From assembly GCA_963781885.1 (NCBI GenBank), contig CAWAHW010000002.1, forward strand, positions 1,440,001 through 1,504,000: 64,000 nucleotides of DNA, given 5' to 3'. The position numbers and the translations under genes are program-made. Under the pieces are notes generated by a model, which worked only from the letters and a program-made list of their open reading frames with translations, searched no databases and was not told the DNA's origin. This DNA comes from an uncultured Spirochaetota bacterium. GTDB lineage: Bacteria; Spirochaetota; Spirochaetia; SZUA-6; Fen-1364. Below, piece after piece: positions 9,919-20,105 of the stretch; the first letter of the stretch is position 1; every line of letters starts with the position of its first letter.

Positions 9919-11004
9919 CTATGTCCGCGCCGTTCGGAATAGCATGAAACCGAGGATGAGGAAAAGTACGAAAGGCGCCCAGGCGCCGGCGAGAGGCGGG
10001 ATGACCCCATTCTTCGACAGAATGCCGGTGACCATCTGCGAGACGTAAAAGCCGACGGAGATGACCAGGGCAGAAAGCAGGCTCATCAGGAGGATGTTTT
10101 TCTTGAAAGCGCTGCCCAGACTGCTCGCAATGAATGCGACGATGAGGGGCGTGCAGGCAAAGGAAAACTTCCGGTAGTAATCGGTGAGAGCCTGGCGATA
10201 GGGCTCCACGGCACCTGCGCGGCGGATAAGCGCGACGTAGCGCAGCGAATCCTCCCTGCTCATCTCTTCCACGTTCTGCGAAGGCTTGCGAAAAGCCTCC
10301 GGGGGCTCCACGAAGAGCGGCGATTCATAGCTCTGCGGCTGCGCGTCGGTCATCAGCTCCGCGGACGGATCCCACGTGAAGACCCTGCATTTCTGGAGCA
10401 CCCAACGTGTGTCCTTCCAGTCCGCCCACTCCGCGTCGATCCTCGCGGAAAGCTGCATGCCGGCGTCCCGCACGACCACCGTCACGCCGGTGAGGCGCTT
10501 GAGCGCGTCGTTGTAGTAGTCGGCATAGTAGACCACACGCTGGTCCGGGCTTGTCACGACCACATTATTCTGGCTCAGGGTGGTCACCTGCTTGACCGCC
10601 TGCGCGTAGACCTGGTTTTTCAGCTGGTAGGAGGGGATCACCACGGCATCGTCGAAGAAAAATCCGAAGGCGCTGATGATAACTCCCACCACGATGAAGG
10701 GAACGACAAGACGATGCAGGGCGATGCCGGAACCGAAAATGGCGAAAAGCTCGTTGTTCGCATAGAAAAGCCCGAGGGTGTAGGAGATGCCAAACAGAAA
10801 CGATACCGGCAGCGCGAAGGAAATGCATTTCGGCATGTAGAGGAGCGCGATCCAGGCGACCTCGCGGATCCCCACGTCGTGCGCAAAATAGCGCCAGATG
10901 TTGCCGAATATGTCGATGAGCTGCAGGAGCAGCACGAAGAAGACGAGCGCCACGCAGAATATCGGCATGAATTGTCCCAGAAGCATGCGCCGCAGACGAT
11001 TCAT
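9919..11004 (-). CDS. lptG: LptF/LptG-family permease (second of pair)
   Basis: YjgP/YjgQ architecture: 3 TM, periplasmic beta domain, 3 TM; NELFAIFGSGI motif; PPLAGAWAP end. Confidence 0.8.
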   Translation of the reverse strand: MNRLRRMLLGQFMPIFCVALVFFVLLLQLIDIFGNIWRYFAHDVGIREVAWIALLYMPKCISFALPVSFLFGISYTLGLFYANNELFAIFGSGIALHRLVVPFIVVGVIISAFGFFFDDAVVIPSYQLKNQVYAQAVKQVTTLSQNNVVVTSPDQRVVYYADYYNDALKRLTGVTVVVRDAGMQLSARIDAEWADWKDTRWVLQKCRVFTWDPSAELMTDAQPQSYESPLFVEPPEAFRKPSQNVEEMSREDSLRYVALIRRAGAVEPYRQALTDYYRKFSFACTPLIVAFIASSLGSAFKKNILLMSLLSALVISVGFYVSQMVTGILSKNGVIPPLAGAWAPFVLFLILGFMLFRTART

Positions 11005-12289
11005 CGCCGCGCTCCCGCTGCAAAGAGGATGCCTCCCGCGACGAGCACGAGGGCGTCGGGGAACCACATCGACAGGCCCGGTGCCAGCGACATCCGCACG
11101 CCGAAGGTCTGTCCCGCGATGAGAAGCCCCCAATAGACAATGGCGACGAAAAGACCGACGCCGAAACCGACGGTGCGGCCGCTCCGCCGCGCGCGCAGAC
11201 CCACGGGAAACGCGAAGAAGGCGAAGATGAGGCAGGCCACCGGCATGGAGAATTTTCTGTGCATTTCGACCTTGTACGATTGAAGCGTCGCATCGGCGAC
11301 GCTGCGGTTCTTTTCCGCATCGAGGTCGCGCAGGAGCGCGGCGACGGTGGAGCGCTGCGCTCCCGCCTGACTGGCATCGGCGGCCAGTCTTCCTTCCGCT
11401 GCGCGGAGACCCCCGGCCAGCGCCTGCGCAAGGCTGCCGACTTTCTCGTCCTTCTGGCTTTGCGCCGCTTCCTGGTCCTTCCGCTTCGCGACGATCTGCT
11501 TCCAGACGTCAGCCGAGCTCATCGTGGAGGGCGTGAGCCCCCCGATGGTCGCATTGGAGATGTTTTTCAGCAAGTATCGTGTAGATCATCGAATCGGAAA
11601 CGGTGTAGTCGAACCTGTCGCCTTCCTTCGGGTAGCTGAGCTCGGAAAAGACCTTGTCGAGGGTCAGGGATACGGAACCCTGCTGATCGGCGCTCGCTTC
11701 CAACCGCGCCTGGCGTGCCGTGATGATCCGCCTGTTGCCCTCGGACGGGGCGTCGATGATGAGGATGTCCTTGATCTGCCCGGCCTTCGACGGCGCCGGT
11801 CACGATCCACGACTTCTCATAGTGCTTGACCGAGTACGGCTCGAGCTCGAGCGCCGGGTTGGAGAAGAGGATGCGCCGATAGAGCTCTGCGAAACGCATG
11901 TTGCCCAGCGGCATGAGGTAATCGTTCATGCCGAAGGACGCCAGGGAAAACAACACGCCGATGACCAGAAGCGGCGCGACGAGCTGGCGCGGCGGAACCC
12001 CGAGGGATCCGAATGCAAGGAGCTCATTGTCCGACGAGAGGCGCCCCACCGCCATGAGCGCGCCCACGAGAGACCCGAACGGGAAGGAGAACGCGCAGAC
12101 GATGGGAAGGGAATACGCGATGAGACGGACGACGTCCCAGAAGGCGACCTTCTTGGAAAATATCTCCTCCGCCATGACGAGGATCTGGTTCAGGAAAAAC
12201 AGGAAAAAAAAGAAAAGAAACGCGACAACGAACGCCAGCAGGAATTCCCTGCCGACGTAGATCCAGGCGCGCCTATGGGACCGCGCCAT
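11001..12289 (-). CDS. lptF: LptF/LptG-family permease (first of pair); two apparent frameshifts at ~11780 and ~11570
   Basis: RLSSDNELLAFGSLG motif; C-terminal EMHRKFSMPVAC; three ORF pieces join after removing single bases. Confidence 0.75.
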
Positions 12290-13784
12290 CCGCTGCCTCG
12301 TCGTAGACGGAGACCCCTCCGCCCAGGGTGCCGAAAAAAACATACGGTGCGCGCCAGGCGATGGACGTGACGTCCAGCGCCGTCAGCCCGTCCGCAATGC
12401 CGATTCGCCTCCAGGCGCCTGTCGTCTTCGACAGCGCGCTCACCCCGCCGCCGAAGCTCCCGAAATAGAGCGCCTTGTCCGTCTCGATGCTCGCGAGGAT
12501 CCAGTCGTCGGCGAGCCCGGAGCCGTCCTTGCTGAAATGCCGAAGGCTGCCGGAATCCGGCGACCATGCATACAGCCCGTCGCCGTACGTGCCGATCCAG
12601 ATCACGCCGTCACGGGCAGGGAGTATCGTCGTGATATTCTCCGCGGCAAAGCCCGGGCTTGTCTCCGAGAGGGCGCTCATGGCGCCCGTTTTTTCGTCCA
12701 TGATCAAGAGCCCGAAGCTCATCGTGCCGATGAGCAGGCTGCCGTGCACGGTGTCTTCCGCCAGGCTCGTGACGAACGACCCGGGAAGGCTTCCGTCGCT
12801 CACGGGGCTCCATCCGGAATCCCCGCGGCGGAAAAGCCCTTCGCCGAGGGTTCCCGCGAAAAGCCCTGCCGTGGTGGCGCGCACCACCTGGACCTTGCTC
12901 GGCGTCGGCGGACCGAAATCGCTCTCCGTGCCCCAGCGTGCCGTTCCCTTGCCGTACCACGCCAGCCCTTCGGCCGTGCTGATCCAGACGCGTCGATCCG
13001 CGACGTCGATCGAGCGCGAAAAATGAGGCGCGTCGAAGGAATCAGCCACGCCGGCCGACACGGAGTAGCGCGCCACTCCCCCGTTCCAGGTGCCGATCCA
13101 CAGGTCATCGCCGTCCACGCGGAGGCAGGAGATGTTGGAGTCGTGGATGCCAAGGTAATCTGCGGAGAGAGCGGACCACAGGAGCCGGATGCTCATGGAC
13201 CGATAGAGGGCGGCTTCACCGGCCGGAAGCACTTTCGGATCGATGCGCTGGAAATAGCCCCGCGCTCGATCCATGTCCGCACCGTGATACAGCGAAAGCT
13301 CGGCGGCCCGCTGCAGCGCGAGTTCGATGTCACCGGGCGTCCCGCTCACGCCGACGCGGAAGCCCGCGATCGCTTTTCCGTAGTAGTCCAACGCAGCCGA
13401 CCACACGCGGGCGTCGTAGTAATGGCGCGCGAGCGCCACCCCCGCTCTGAATGCGGCAGCAGAGCTCGGAGCGGCATCTGCGACCTTCTGGTAGTAGTAG
13501 CGGGCAAGGTATTCGTCTCCGGTTTGAAGGGCCCAGGCGACGCCCAAGACGTATGAATCGTTGACAAGCGGCGAGCGCGGGAAATCGGAGCGAAACCGGC
13601 GCAGCCTGTCCAAGGCTCCCGCCGTGTCACCGTGCGCATAGGCATCCTTCGCGGCGGCAAGCGCGACGGCATCCGATGCGCCGCCTCCGGCGGCCTGCGC
13701 AAAGAAGGCCGGCGCGCCACAGAGGAAAAGCGCGAGGCACAGCGCAACGCCGCTCACGCGCGGCACGGCGGGCCAGCAAATCAC
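12273..13784 (-). CDS. Exported TPR + beta-propeller protein (two-component-regulator-propeller-like repeats)
   Basis: Signal-like N-terminus, TPR helices (FPRSPL), repeated LWIGTxxGGV / IWIGTYGDGL blades; start codon uncertain. Confidence 0.68.
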   Translation of the reverse strand: MICWPAVPRVSGVALCLALFLCGAPAFFAQAAGGGASDAVALAAAKDAYAHGDTAGALDRLRRFRSDFPRSPLVNDSYVLGVAWALQTGDEYLARYYYQKVADAAPSSAAAFRAGVALARHYYDARVWSAALDYYGKAIAGFRVGVSGTPGDIELALQRAAELSLYHGADMDRARGYFQRIDPKVLPAGEAALYRSMSIRLLWSALSADYLGIHDSNISCLRVDGDDLWIGTWNGGVARYSVSAGVADSFDAPHFSRSIDVADRRVWISTAEGLAWYGKGTARWGTESDFGPPTPSKVQVVRATTAGLFAGTLGEGLFRRGDSGWSPVSDGSLPGSFVTSLAEDTVHGSLLIGTMSFGLLIMDEKTGAMSALSETSPGFAAENITTILPARDGVIWIGTYGDGLYAWSPDSGSLRHFSKDGSGLADDWILASIETDKALYFGSFGGGVSALSKTTGAWRRIGIADGLTALDVTSIAWRAPYVFFGTLGGGVSVYDEAADGAVP

Positions 13785-13794
13785 CCGTCGCCGG

Positions 13795-14232
13795 TCACAT
13801 CCCTGTCGATCCAAAACCGCCGCTCCCCCTCGCCGTTTCTTCTATCTGCGTCTCCCGCACGAAGGTCACGCGGGAGACGGCGCCGAAGACGATCTGGGCG
13901 ATCCGGTCGCCTGACCTGATGCGGAAATCCTCCTCCCCGAGATTGACGAGCAGCACCTTGATCTCTCCCCGATAGTCGCTGTCGATCGTGCCCGGGCTGT
14001 TGAGCACCGTGACGCCATGCTTCACCGCGAGACCCGACCGCGGCCTGACCTGCGCCTCCAGTCCGGAGGGGATCTGCAGGCGGATGCCCGTCGGCACGAG
14101 CGCGCGGGCGCCCGGCTTCAGCACCAGCTCGTCGGAAAGCAGGGCGCGTAGATCTGCGCCCGAGGCTCCATCGGACTGGTATTCCGGAAGGGCCGCCTGC
14201 CGGCCGACGCAGCGGATGATCGGCGTCTCCAT
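13795..14232 (-). CDS. dut: dUTPase
   Basis: [34 protein letters not shown]. Confidence 0.96.
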   Translation of the reverse strand: METPIIRCVGRQAALPEYQSDGASGADLRALLSDELVLKPGARALVPTGIRLQIPSGLEAQVRPRSGLAVKHGVTVLNSPGTIDSDYRGEIKVLLVNLGEEDFRIRSGDRIAQIVFGAVSRVTFVRETQIEETARGSGGFGSTGM

Positions 14233-14235
14233 GGG

Positions 14236-15525
14236 CTATCTCCGGGTGGCGCCCCGCGTCTTGCCGTTGGCGAATGTGAAATCGAATCCGCGCATTCTGC
14301 CCAGGCCCCTGCTCCCGTAGGCGAGGAGGCTGAAGGAATCCGCGCGGAGACATTTGTGCGCATAGGCCTCGATCTCCTCCGTTCGCACCGCACGAAGCGC
14401 GCTCACCGACTCGTCGAACTCGAGGATGCGGTCCATCATCATGAACTGCCGTACGAGGCGCTTCATGCGCGTCTCCATGTCTTCGCGGGAGAGGATCATG
14501 CTCCCCACGAGATGGCTCTTCGCGTCCTCGATTTCCTGCGCGCTGAGCGGCTCGGCCAAAAGTCGTCCCAGCTCCTCGTCGAGGGAGACGAGAAACTTAC
14601 GCGCCTGGCCGGGCGTCGCGTTGGCGTAGATCGTCCACATGCCGACGTCGGAAAAGAAGGTGCGGAAGGAATATACGGTGTAACAGAGGGCCAGCTCCTC
14701 CCGCAGGCGCTGGAAGAGCCGCGAGCTCATCGATTCGCCGAAGGCCGTGCTGAAGACCAGGGACGTGTAATAGTGCGGGATGTCGTGCTGGAGGGGATAG
14801 CAGGTGCCCGCGTAGATCTGCACCTGGTTGAAGCGGTCGGCGACAAAGGCGGCGCGCCGGCGCCAGTCGGGGAGCTTCCGTACGGGACGCGTCGGTCCGG
14901 CCGGGGCGGCGTAGACGGCTGCGGCAAGCGAACGCGCTTCTTCAGGGTCGAAATTGCCGGCAACGGCGAAGACAGTATTCGACGCCACGAGGCGCTCGCG
15001 GTAGAAGCGCGCAAGGGAGTCGCGGTCGATCCCGCGCACGTCGTCAACCTCGCCGGTGATCTTGTACGCCAGGGCATGATCGCCCCACATCTCGCGCAGG
15101 TAGCGGTCGTGCCCCTTTTCTTCGGGGGAGTCGTCCACGGAACGGATTTCGTTGATGATGACCGCCTTCTCCTTCTCCATCTCCTCCGCGTCGAGGAGCG
15201 AGTTGACGGTCATGTCCGTGAGCACGTCGAATGCCAGCCGCAGGTGATCCCGCGGCATGATGGCATAGACGCAGGTGGTTTCCTTTTCCGTGAAAGCGTT
15301 GATGATGCCGCCGACACGGTCGATCTCCTGGGCGATGGCGCGAGCCGTCCGGCGGGCGGTTCCCTTGAAGAGCATGTGCTCGAGGAAATGGGAGTACCCC
15401 TTTTCCCCGTCCGTCTCGTCGCGGGAACCGTGCAGGAACCAGAAACCGATGCAGAGAGTGTCGGTGCGGTCGACTGGCTCGAGGAGCAGGGTCGCCCCAC
15501 TTGCCAGCCTCTCCGTGTGGATCAC
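14236..15525 (-). CDS. M16 (pitrilysin) family zinc peptidase
   Basis: Inverted zinc motif HFLEHMLFKGT, INAFTEKE, SSRLFQRLRE. Confidence 0.92.
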   Translation of the reverse strand: MIHTERLASGATLLLEPVDRTDTLCIGFWFLHGSRDETDGEKGYSHFLEHMLFKGTARRTARAIAQEIDRVGGIINAFTEKETTCVYAIMPRDHLRLAFDVLTDMTVNSLLDAEEMEKEKAVIINEIRSVDDSPEEKGHDRYLREMWGDHALAYKITGEVDDVRGIDRDSLARFYRERLVASNTVFAVAGNFDPEEARSLAAAVYAAPAGPTRPVRKLPDWRRRAAFVADRFNQVQIYAGTCYPLQHDIPHYYTSLVFSTAFGESMSSRLFQRLREELALCYTVYSFRTFFSDVGMWTIYANATPGQARKFLVSLDEELGRLLAEPLSAQEIEDAKSHLVGSMILSREDMETRMKRLVRQFMMMDRILEFDESVSALRAVRTEEIEAYAHKCLRADSFSLLAYGSRGLGRMRGFDFTFANGKTRGATRR

Positions 15526-17753
15526 CCGTCTCTCCGCGGCGGACGATCGGAATAACCGCCGGGCCGGCGGTCCCCCGAGTGGCCGCGCGGCCTGTCATAG
15601 CCGCCGCTGCGGGGCCTGTCGCCGTCACGACGCGGCGGTCTGCGTTCCGCGTGCTCCGTGAGGAGGGCGGGATTGGCGTCCACGGCCTCCTTGGTGGCAA
15701 GATTGACGCGGCCCATGTGGTCGATCTCCGTCACGATCACGGTGAGCTCCTGGCCTTCCTTCACCACGTCCTCCACCTTTTCCACCCGGGTGGCGGCGAG
15801 CTTGGAGATGTGGACGAGCCCTTCCTTGCCCGGAAGTATCTCCACGAAGGCGCCGAAGTCCATGATGCGCTTCACCGGTCCGACATAGGTCTTGCCGACG
15901 ACGGCCTCCTCGATGAGGCCTTCCACCATCTTCTGGGCCTTCTCCGCGCCCTCCTTCAGATGGTTGTAGATCGTCACGGTTCCGTCGTCGTCGATGTTGA
16001 TCGTGGACCCGGTCTTTTCGCTCATGCCCTTTATGTTCTTGCCGCCCGGCCCGATGATGAGCCCGATCTTTTCCGTCGGGACCTTGATGCTGATCACCTT
16101 GGGGGCGAAATCGGAGATGTCGGTTCGGGGCTGGGAAATGGTCTGGTTCATGATGCCCAGGATGTGGAGTCTGCCCTCCCGCGCCTGTGCGAGCGCTTTT
16201 TTGAGGATCTCCGCGCTCACGCCCTCGATCTTGATGTCCATCTGCAGCGCGGTGATGCCGTCTTCCGTGCCGGCAACCTTGAAGTCCATGTCCCCCAGGT
16301 GATCTTCCTCACCGAGGATGTCGCTCAGGACGACGAACTTGTCCCCCTCCTTCACGAGCCCCATGGCGATGCCCGCGACGGGCTTCAGCATGCGGACACC
16401 CGCATTCAGGAGGCTCAGCGTGCTCCCGCACACCGTGGCCATGGAGGACGAGCCGTTGGACTCGAGGATCTCCGAGACGATGCGCAGCGTATACGGGAAG
16501 TCCTCCTTCTTGGGAAGCACCATGCCGATGGCACGCTCGGCCAGGTGCCCATGGCCGATCTCGCGGCGCCCGGGCGAGCCCAGCCTGCCCACTTCGCCGA
16601 CGGAGAAGGGGGGGAAGTTGTAGTGCAGCATGAAGTTCTTCCGGCTGTCGCCGTCGATATTGTCCATGATCTGCTCGTCCAGGGCGGTGCCGAGCGTGGT
16701 CACGACGAGCGCCTGGGTCTCCCCGCGCGTAAAGAGCGCGGAGCCGTGCGTCCGCGGAAGAACGTCTATCTCGCACGTGATGGGCCTGATCTGCGTGGGG
16801 CTCCTGCCGTCGGTCCGCACGCCCTTGCCGGCGATGGAGGCGCGCATGATCTCCTGCTCCATGTCTTCGAAGAGCAGCTTCACGGGCTTGATGTCGGTGG
16901 GAGCAAGCTTCTCCGCGAATGCCTTCAGCGTCTCATCGCGCACGACGCGCATCGCCTTGACGCGTGTTTCCTTCCCCTTCACGAAGCATGCCTCTTCGAG
17001 CTTCGCGAATGCGAAGTCACGGACTTCCTTGCCGAGCGTGAAGGTTGAAGGTTTCTCCACGAGCGGCAGCTTCGCCTTGCCCACCTTCTGCGCCAGCTCG
17101 ATCTGGATCCGGCAGAGCTCCTTTATGGTCTTGTGCGCGATTTCAATGGCCTCGACGATGAGGCTTTCCGGAAGCTGCCGCGCGGAGCCTTCCACCATCG
17201 TGATGCCCTTCAAGGTTCCCGCAACGATGATCTCAAGCGAACTGCTCTGGATCTGGTCAAAGGTGGGATTCACGACAAGGGCGCCGTCCACGTAGCCGAT
17301 TCTCACCGCTCCGATGGGTCCCTCGAAGGGGATATCGGAGATGGTGATTGCCGCGGATGCCGCATTCATGGCCAGGATGTCCGGCGTATGGACGAGGTCC
17401 GTGGAGATGACGATGGGAATAACCTGGATCTCCCGACGGAAGAGCCGGGAGAACAGAGGACGAATGGGACGGTCGATGAGGCGGGAGACCAGGATCTCCT
17501 TGTCTTTCGGACGGCTTTCCCTCTTGATGAAGCCGCCGGGGATCTTTCCCGCGGCGTAGTACTTTTCGATGTAGTCCACCGACAGGGGGATGAAATCCAG
17601 GTCCTCTTTTTCGCTGTCCGCACAGCAGGCGGTCGCAATGACCGCGGAGCCCCCGAGCCGGGCGAAAACGGCCCCATTGGCCTGTTTTGCCATCTTGCCC
17701 GTCTCGAGAATGAGCTCCTCATCCCCGATTGTGAATGATACGCGTTGTTCCAT
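15522..17753 (-). CDS. pnp: Polynucleotide phosphorylase
   Basis: [37 protein letters not shown] and S1 domains. Confidence 0.97.
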   Translation of the reverse strand: MEQRVSFTIGDEELILETGKMAKQANGAVFARLGGSAVIATACCADSEKEDLDFIPLSVDYIEKYYAAGKIPGGFIKRESRPKDKEILVSRLIDRPIRPLFSRLFRREIQVIPIVISTDLVHTPDILAMNAASAAITISDIPFEGPIGAVRIGYVDGALVVNPTFDQIQSSSLEIIVAGTLKGITMVEGSARQLPESLIVEAIEIAHKTIKELCRIQIELAQKVGKAKLPLVEKPSTFTLGKEVRDFAFAKLEEACFVKGKETRVKAMRVVRDETLKAFAEKLAPTDIKPVKLLFEDMEQEIMRASIAGKGVRTDGRSPTQIRPITCEIDVLPRTHGSALFTRGETQALVVTTLGTALDEQIMDNIDGDSRKNFMLHYNFPPFSVGEVGRLGSPGRREIGHGHLAERAIGMVLPKKEDFPYTLRIVSEILESNGSSSMATVCGSTLSLLNAGVRMLKPVAGIAMGLVKEGDKFVVLSDILGEEDHLGDMDFKVAGTEDGITALQMDIKIEGVSAEILKKALAQAREGRLHILGIMNQTISQPRTDISDFAPKVISIKVPTEKIGLIIGPGGKNIKGMSEKTGSTINIDDDGTVTIYNHLKEGAEKAQKMVEGLIEEAVVGKTYVGPVKRIMDFGAFVEILPGKEGLVHISKLAATRVEKVEDVVKEGQELTVIVTEIDHMGRVNLATKEAVDANPALLTEHAERRPPRRDGDRPRSGGYDRPRGHSGDRRPGGYSDRPPRRDG

Positions 17754-17773
17754 TTCTGCCCTTGCTTTCGCGC

Positions 17774-18043
17774 TTACTTGCGCAGGTTGAGCCGGTCGAT
17801 GATCTCGCGGTACTTCTCGAGGTCTCTCTTGCGCAGATACGCAAGCAACCGGCGCCTCTGGCCGACGAGCTTCAGAAGCCCCCGGCGTGAGTTGTTGTCC
17901 TTGGGGTGGCGCTTGAAATGCTCCGTGAGCTCTTCCACGCGCTTCGTGAGGAGAGCCACCTGGACCTCCGTGCGCCCCGTATCCTTGTCGTTTGCACCGA
18001 ACGTTGTGATCACTTCCTGCTTGACTTCCTTCGTCAGTGACAT
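17774..18043 (-). CDS. rpsO: 30S ribosomal protein S15
   Basis: [35 protein letters not shown]. Confidence 0.97.
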   Translation of the reverse strand: MSLTKEVKQEVITTFGANDKDTGRTEVQVALLTKRVEELTEHFKRHPKDNNSRRGLLKLVGQRRRLLAYLRKRDLEKYREIIDRLNLRK

Positions 18044-18062
18044 GCGTGAAACTCCTTTCGTT

Positions 18063-18848
18063 TCATTGTGAGAAATACATCGCCGTGATGCCGCTGCATC
18101 CATCGGCTGTCATGGTCAACCAATCGCTCTGGACCGTGAGCAATGCCTCGCGCGCGCCCGCCGGCCCTTCGCCCCGGACCTTGTAGCTGCCGACCGGCGG
18201 CACGACCTGGGTGATGTCGGCGCGCGCGAACCGCGCGGTGCGGTCGTCCACAAGCTCACGAGCAACGCCGGAAACGTCCAGCGCGTACGCGATGGCGAGC
18301 ATGGAGCGCGCGTCGGCGAACTCCGCCCGTTCCAGCGATTGCCGTATGCGGGAGCTCGACACCATGCCGCCGCCCCAGTACACGGGCTCCGTCACGGTGA
18401 CCTCTATGCGTGAATCGGAAAGCATCCCCTTCAAATCGTCGGTACCCGAGTTCCTGTTCTTACCAAACCTGAAGTTCTGCCCTACGACGATTTTCTGGAT
18501 GGTAAGATTTTCCCTTAATAAACCGACAAAATCCTCGCCGGATAGATTACTCAATTCCTCGGAAAAGTCAATTGCCACCACCGCGCCGACGCCCAGCATG
18601 GCGAGCCGGTCCAGCTTCTGCGGGTAGGAAAGGATGAAACCCGGGAACGGCCGCGGCTTGTAGCGGACCGCCGGGCCGCCGCGGAACGTAATGACGAGCG
18701 GCACCCCCTCCGCGGGGCCCGCGGCGATCTCTTCCATCAAGCGCCGATGCCCGAGATGGAGGCCGTCAAAAACACCGATCGTGAGCCGGACGGGTCGATC
18801 CAGGGGCGGGGCGCGGCGGATCAGATCCTCCCAGCTCATGACGGTCAT
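18063..18848 (-). CDS. ribF: FAD synthetase (FMN adenylyltransferase domain; kinase domain degenerate)
   Basis: [27 protein letters not shown]; short C-terminus lacking PTAN. Confidence 0.82.
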   Translation of the reverse strand: MTVMSWEDLIRRAPPLDRPVRLTIGVFDGLHLGHRRLMEEIAAGPAEGVPLVITFRGGPAVRYKPRPFPGFILSYPQKLDRLAMLGVGAVVAIDFSEELSNLSGEDFVGLLRENLTIQKIVVGQNFRFGKNRNSGTDDLKGMLSDSRIEVTVTEPVYWGGGMVSSSRIRQSLERAEFADARSMLAIAYALDVSGVARELVDDRTARFARADITQVVPPVGSYKVRGEGPAGAREALLTVQSDWLTMTADGCSGITAMYFSQ

Positions 18849-19761
18849 GCGCCGTCCCTCCCGCGCCCGGACGCTGCGGGCATTGCCGCCGTCTGGGGAA
18901 AGGCTGCTGCGTAGCGGAGCATGCCCCCCCGGCACTCGATCACGGCCACGAGCGCGCGCTCGGTCGTGAATGCGCCGAAATAGCCGTCCCGGGTCGGCTC
19001 CTCCGTAAAGAACTCCCCCACAAGCTGCCTGCCCGATCCCAATGCATCCACGTACTGCGGCTTCACGAGGAGTCTCCCCAGCGAGGGGGCGGCATCGAAG
19101 AAGACCGCGGGACGCAGAACGTCGGCGTCCGGATCGAAAAGCGCGGGCGGCCGCGCGTCGATCACCTGGAAACCTCCAATGCGGATGCGCCGAAGCTGCG
19201 AAAGGTGCGCACAGGTGCCCAACGCCTGCGCAATGTCGCGCGCAAGGGCGCGGATGTAGGTCCCCTTGGAGCAGGAAATGCGGAGCGTGGCCTCCGCGCC
19301 GTCGAATGCGCACAGCTCAAGCTCGTGGATGGTGATGCGGCGCGGAGCCATCACGGGGTTTTCGCCGGCCCGCGCAGCCTCGTAGGCGCGCTTTCCGCCG
19401 ATGTGAATGGCTGAAAAGACGGGGGGATCTGCACGATGCTGCCAAGGAAGCGCGGAAGCACCTCCTCCAACTCCGCGCGGCCGGGCACGGGGCCTTCCTC
19501 CGTCACGGCGCCCTCCGGGTCGAGGGTATCGGTACCTTTGCCGAACGCAACCACCGCCAGGTATTCCTTGTCCAGGTCCGTGGCGAATGCGCAGAGGCGC
19601 GTCATCCTGCCCGTGAGGACGACGAGCAGGCCGTTTGCGAACCTGTCGAGAGTGCCGGCATGCCCGACCCTCCCCGTCCCGAGCCGGCGCTTGATCGTGG
19701 AAAGCGACTGGAAGGAGGTCTCTCCGGGCGGCTTGTCGAGAAGAACGATGCCTTCCGTCAA
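18845..19761 (-). CDS. truB: tRNA pseudouridine-55 synthase; apparent frameshift in G-run at ~19421
   Basis: GHAGTLD, PPVFSAIHIGGKRAY, CSKGTYIRAL motifs in two frames. Confidence 0.88.
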
Positions 19762-20105
19762 TGCATGATGTCCCGCAGCTTTTGCGCGATGCGGAACCCG
19801 TTTTCCATGGCATCGTCGCGGTAGAAGGCAAGCCGGGGGAACGTGCGCAGGGATATCCGCTTGGACAGGACCTGCTGAATGAAGCCCGCCGCGTGATTGA
19901 GGGCCGCGACGCTCCCGTCCACCACGTCCCGCTCGCCGAATCGCGAGACCCAGACCTTCGCGTGCCCGAGATCGCGCGACAGCTTCACTTCGGTCACGGT
20001 GGTCAGCGGCTCCACGCGCGGGTCCTTGATCTCCCCCCGCTGGATCATGCCGCTGATCTCCGACCTCAGCAGGCTCTCAATTCGCCGCAGCCTTATTTCC
20101 GGCAT
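19758..20105 (-). CDS. rbfA: Ribosome-binding factor A
   Basis: IKDPR, TVTEVKLSRDL, LRTFPRLAF; between infB and truB. Confidence 0.93.
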   Translation of the reverse strand: MPEIRLRRIESLLRSEISGMIQRGEIKDPRVEPLTTVTEVKLSRDLGHAKVWVSRFGERDVVDGSVAALNHAAGFIQQVLSKRISLRTFPRLAFYRDDAMENGFRIAQKLRDIMH

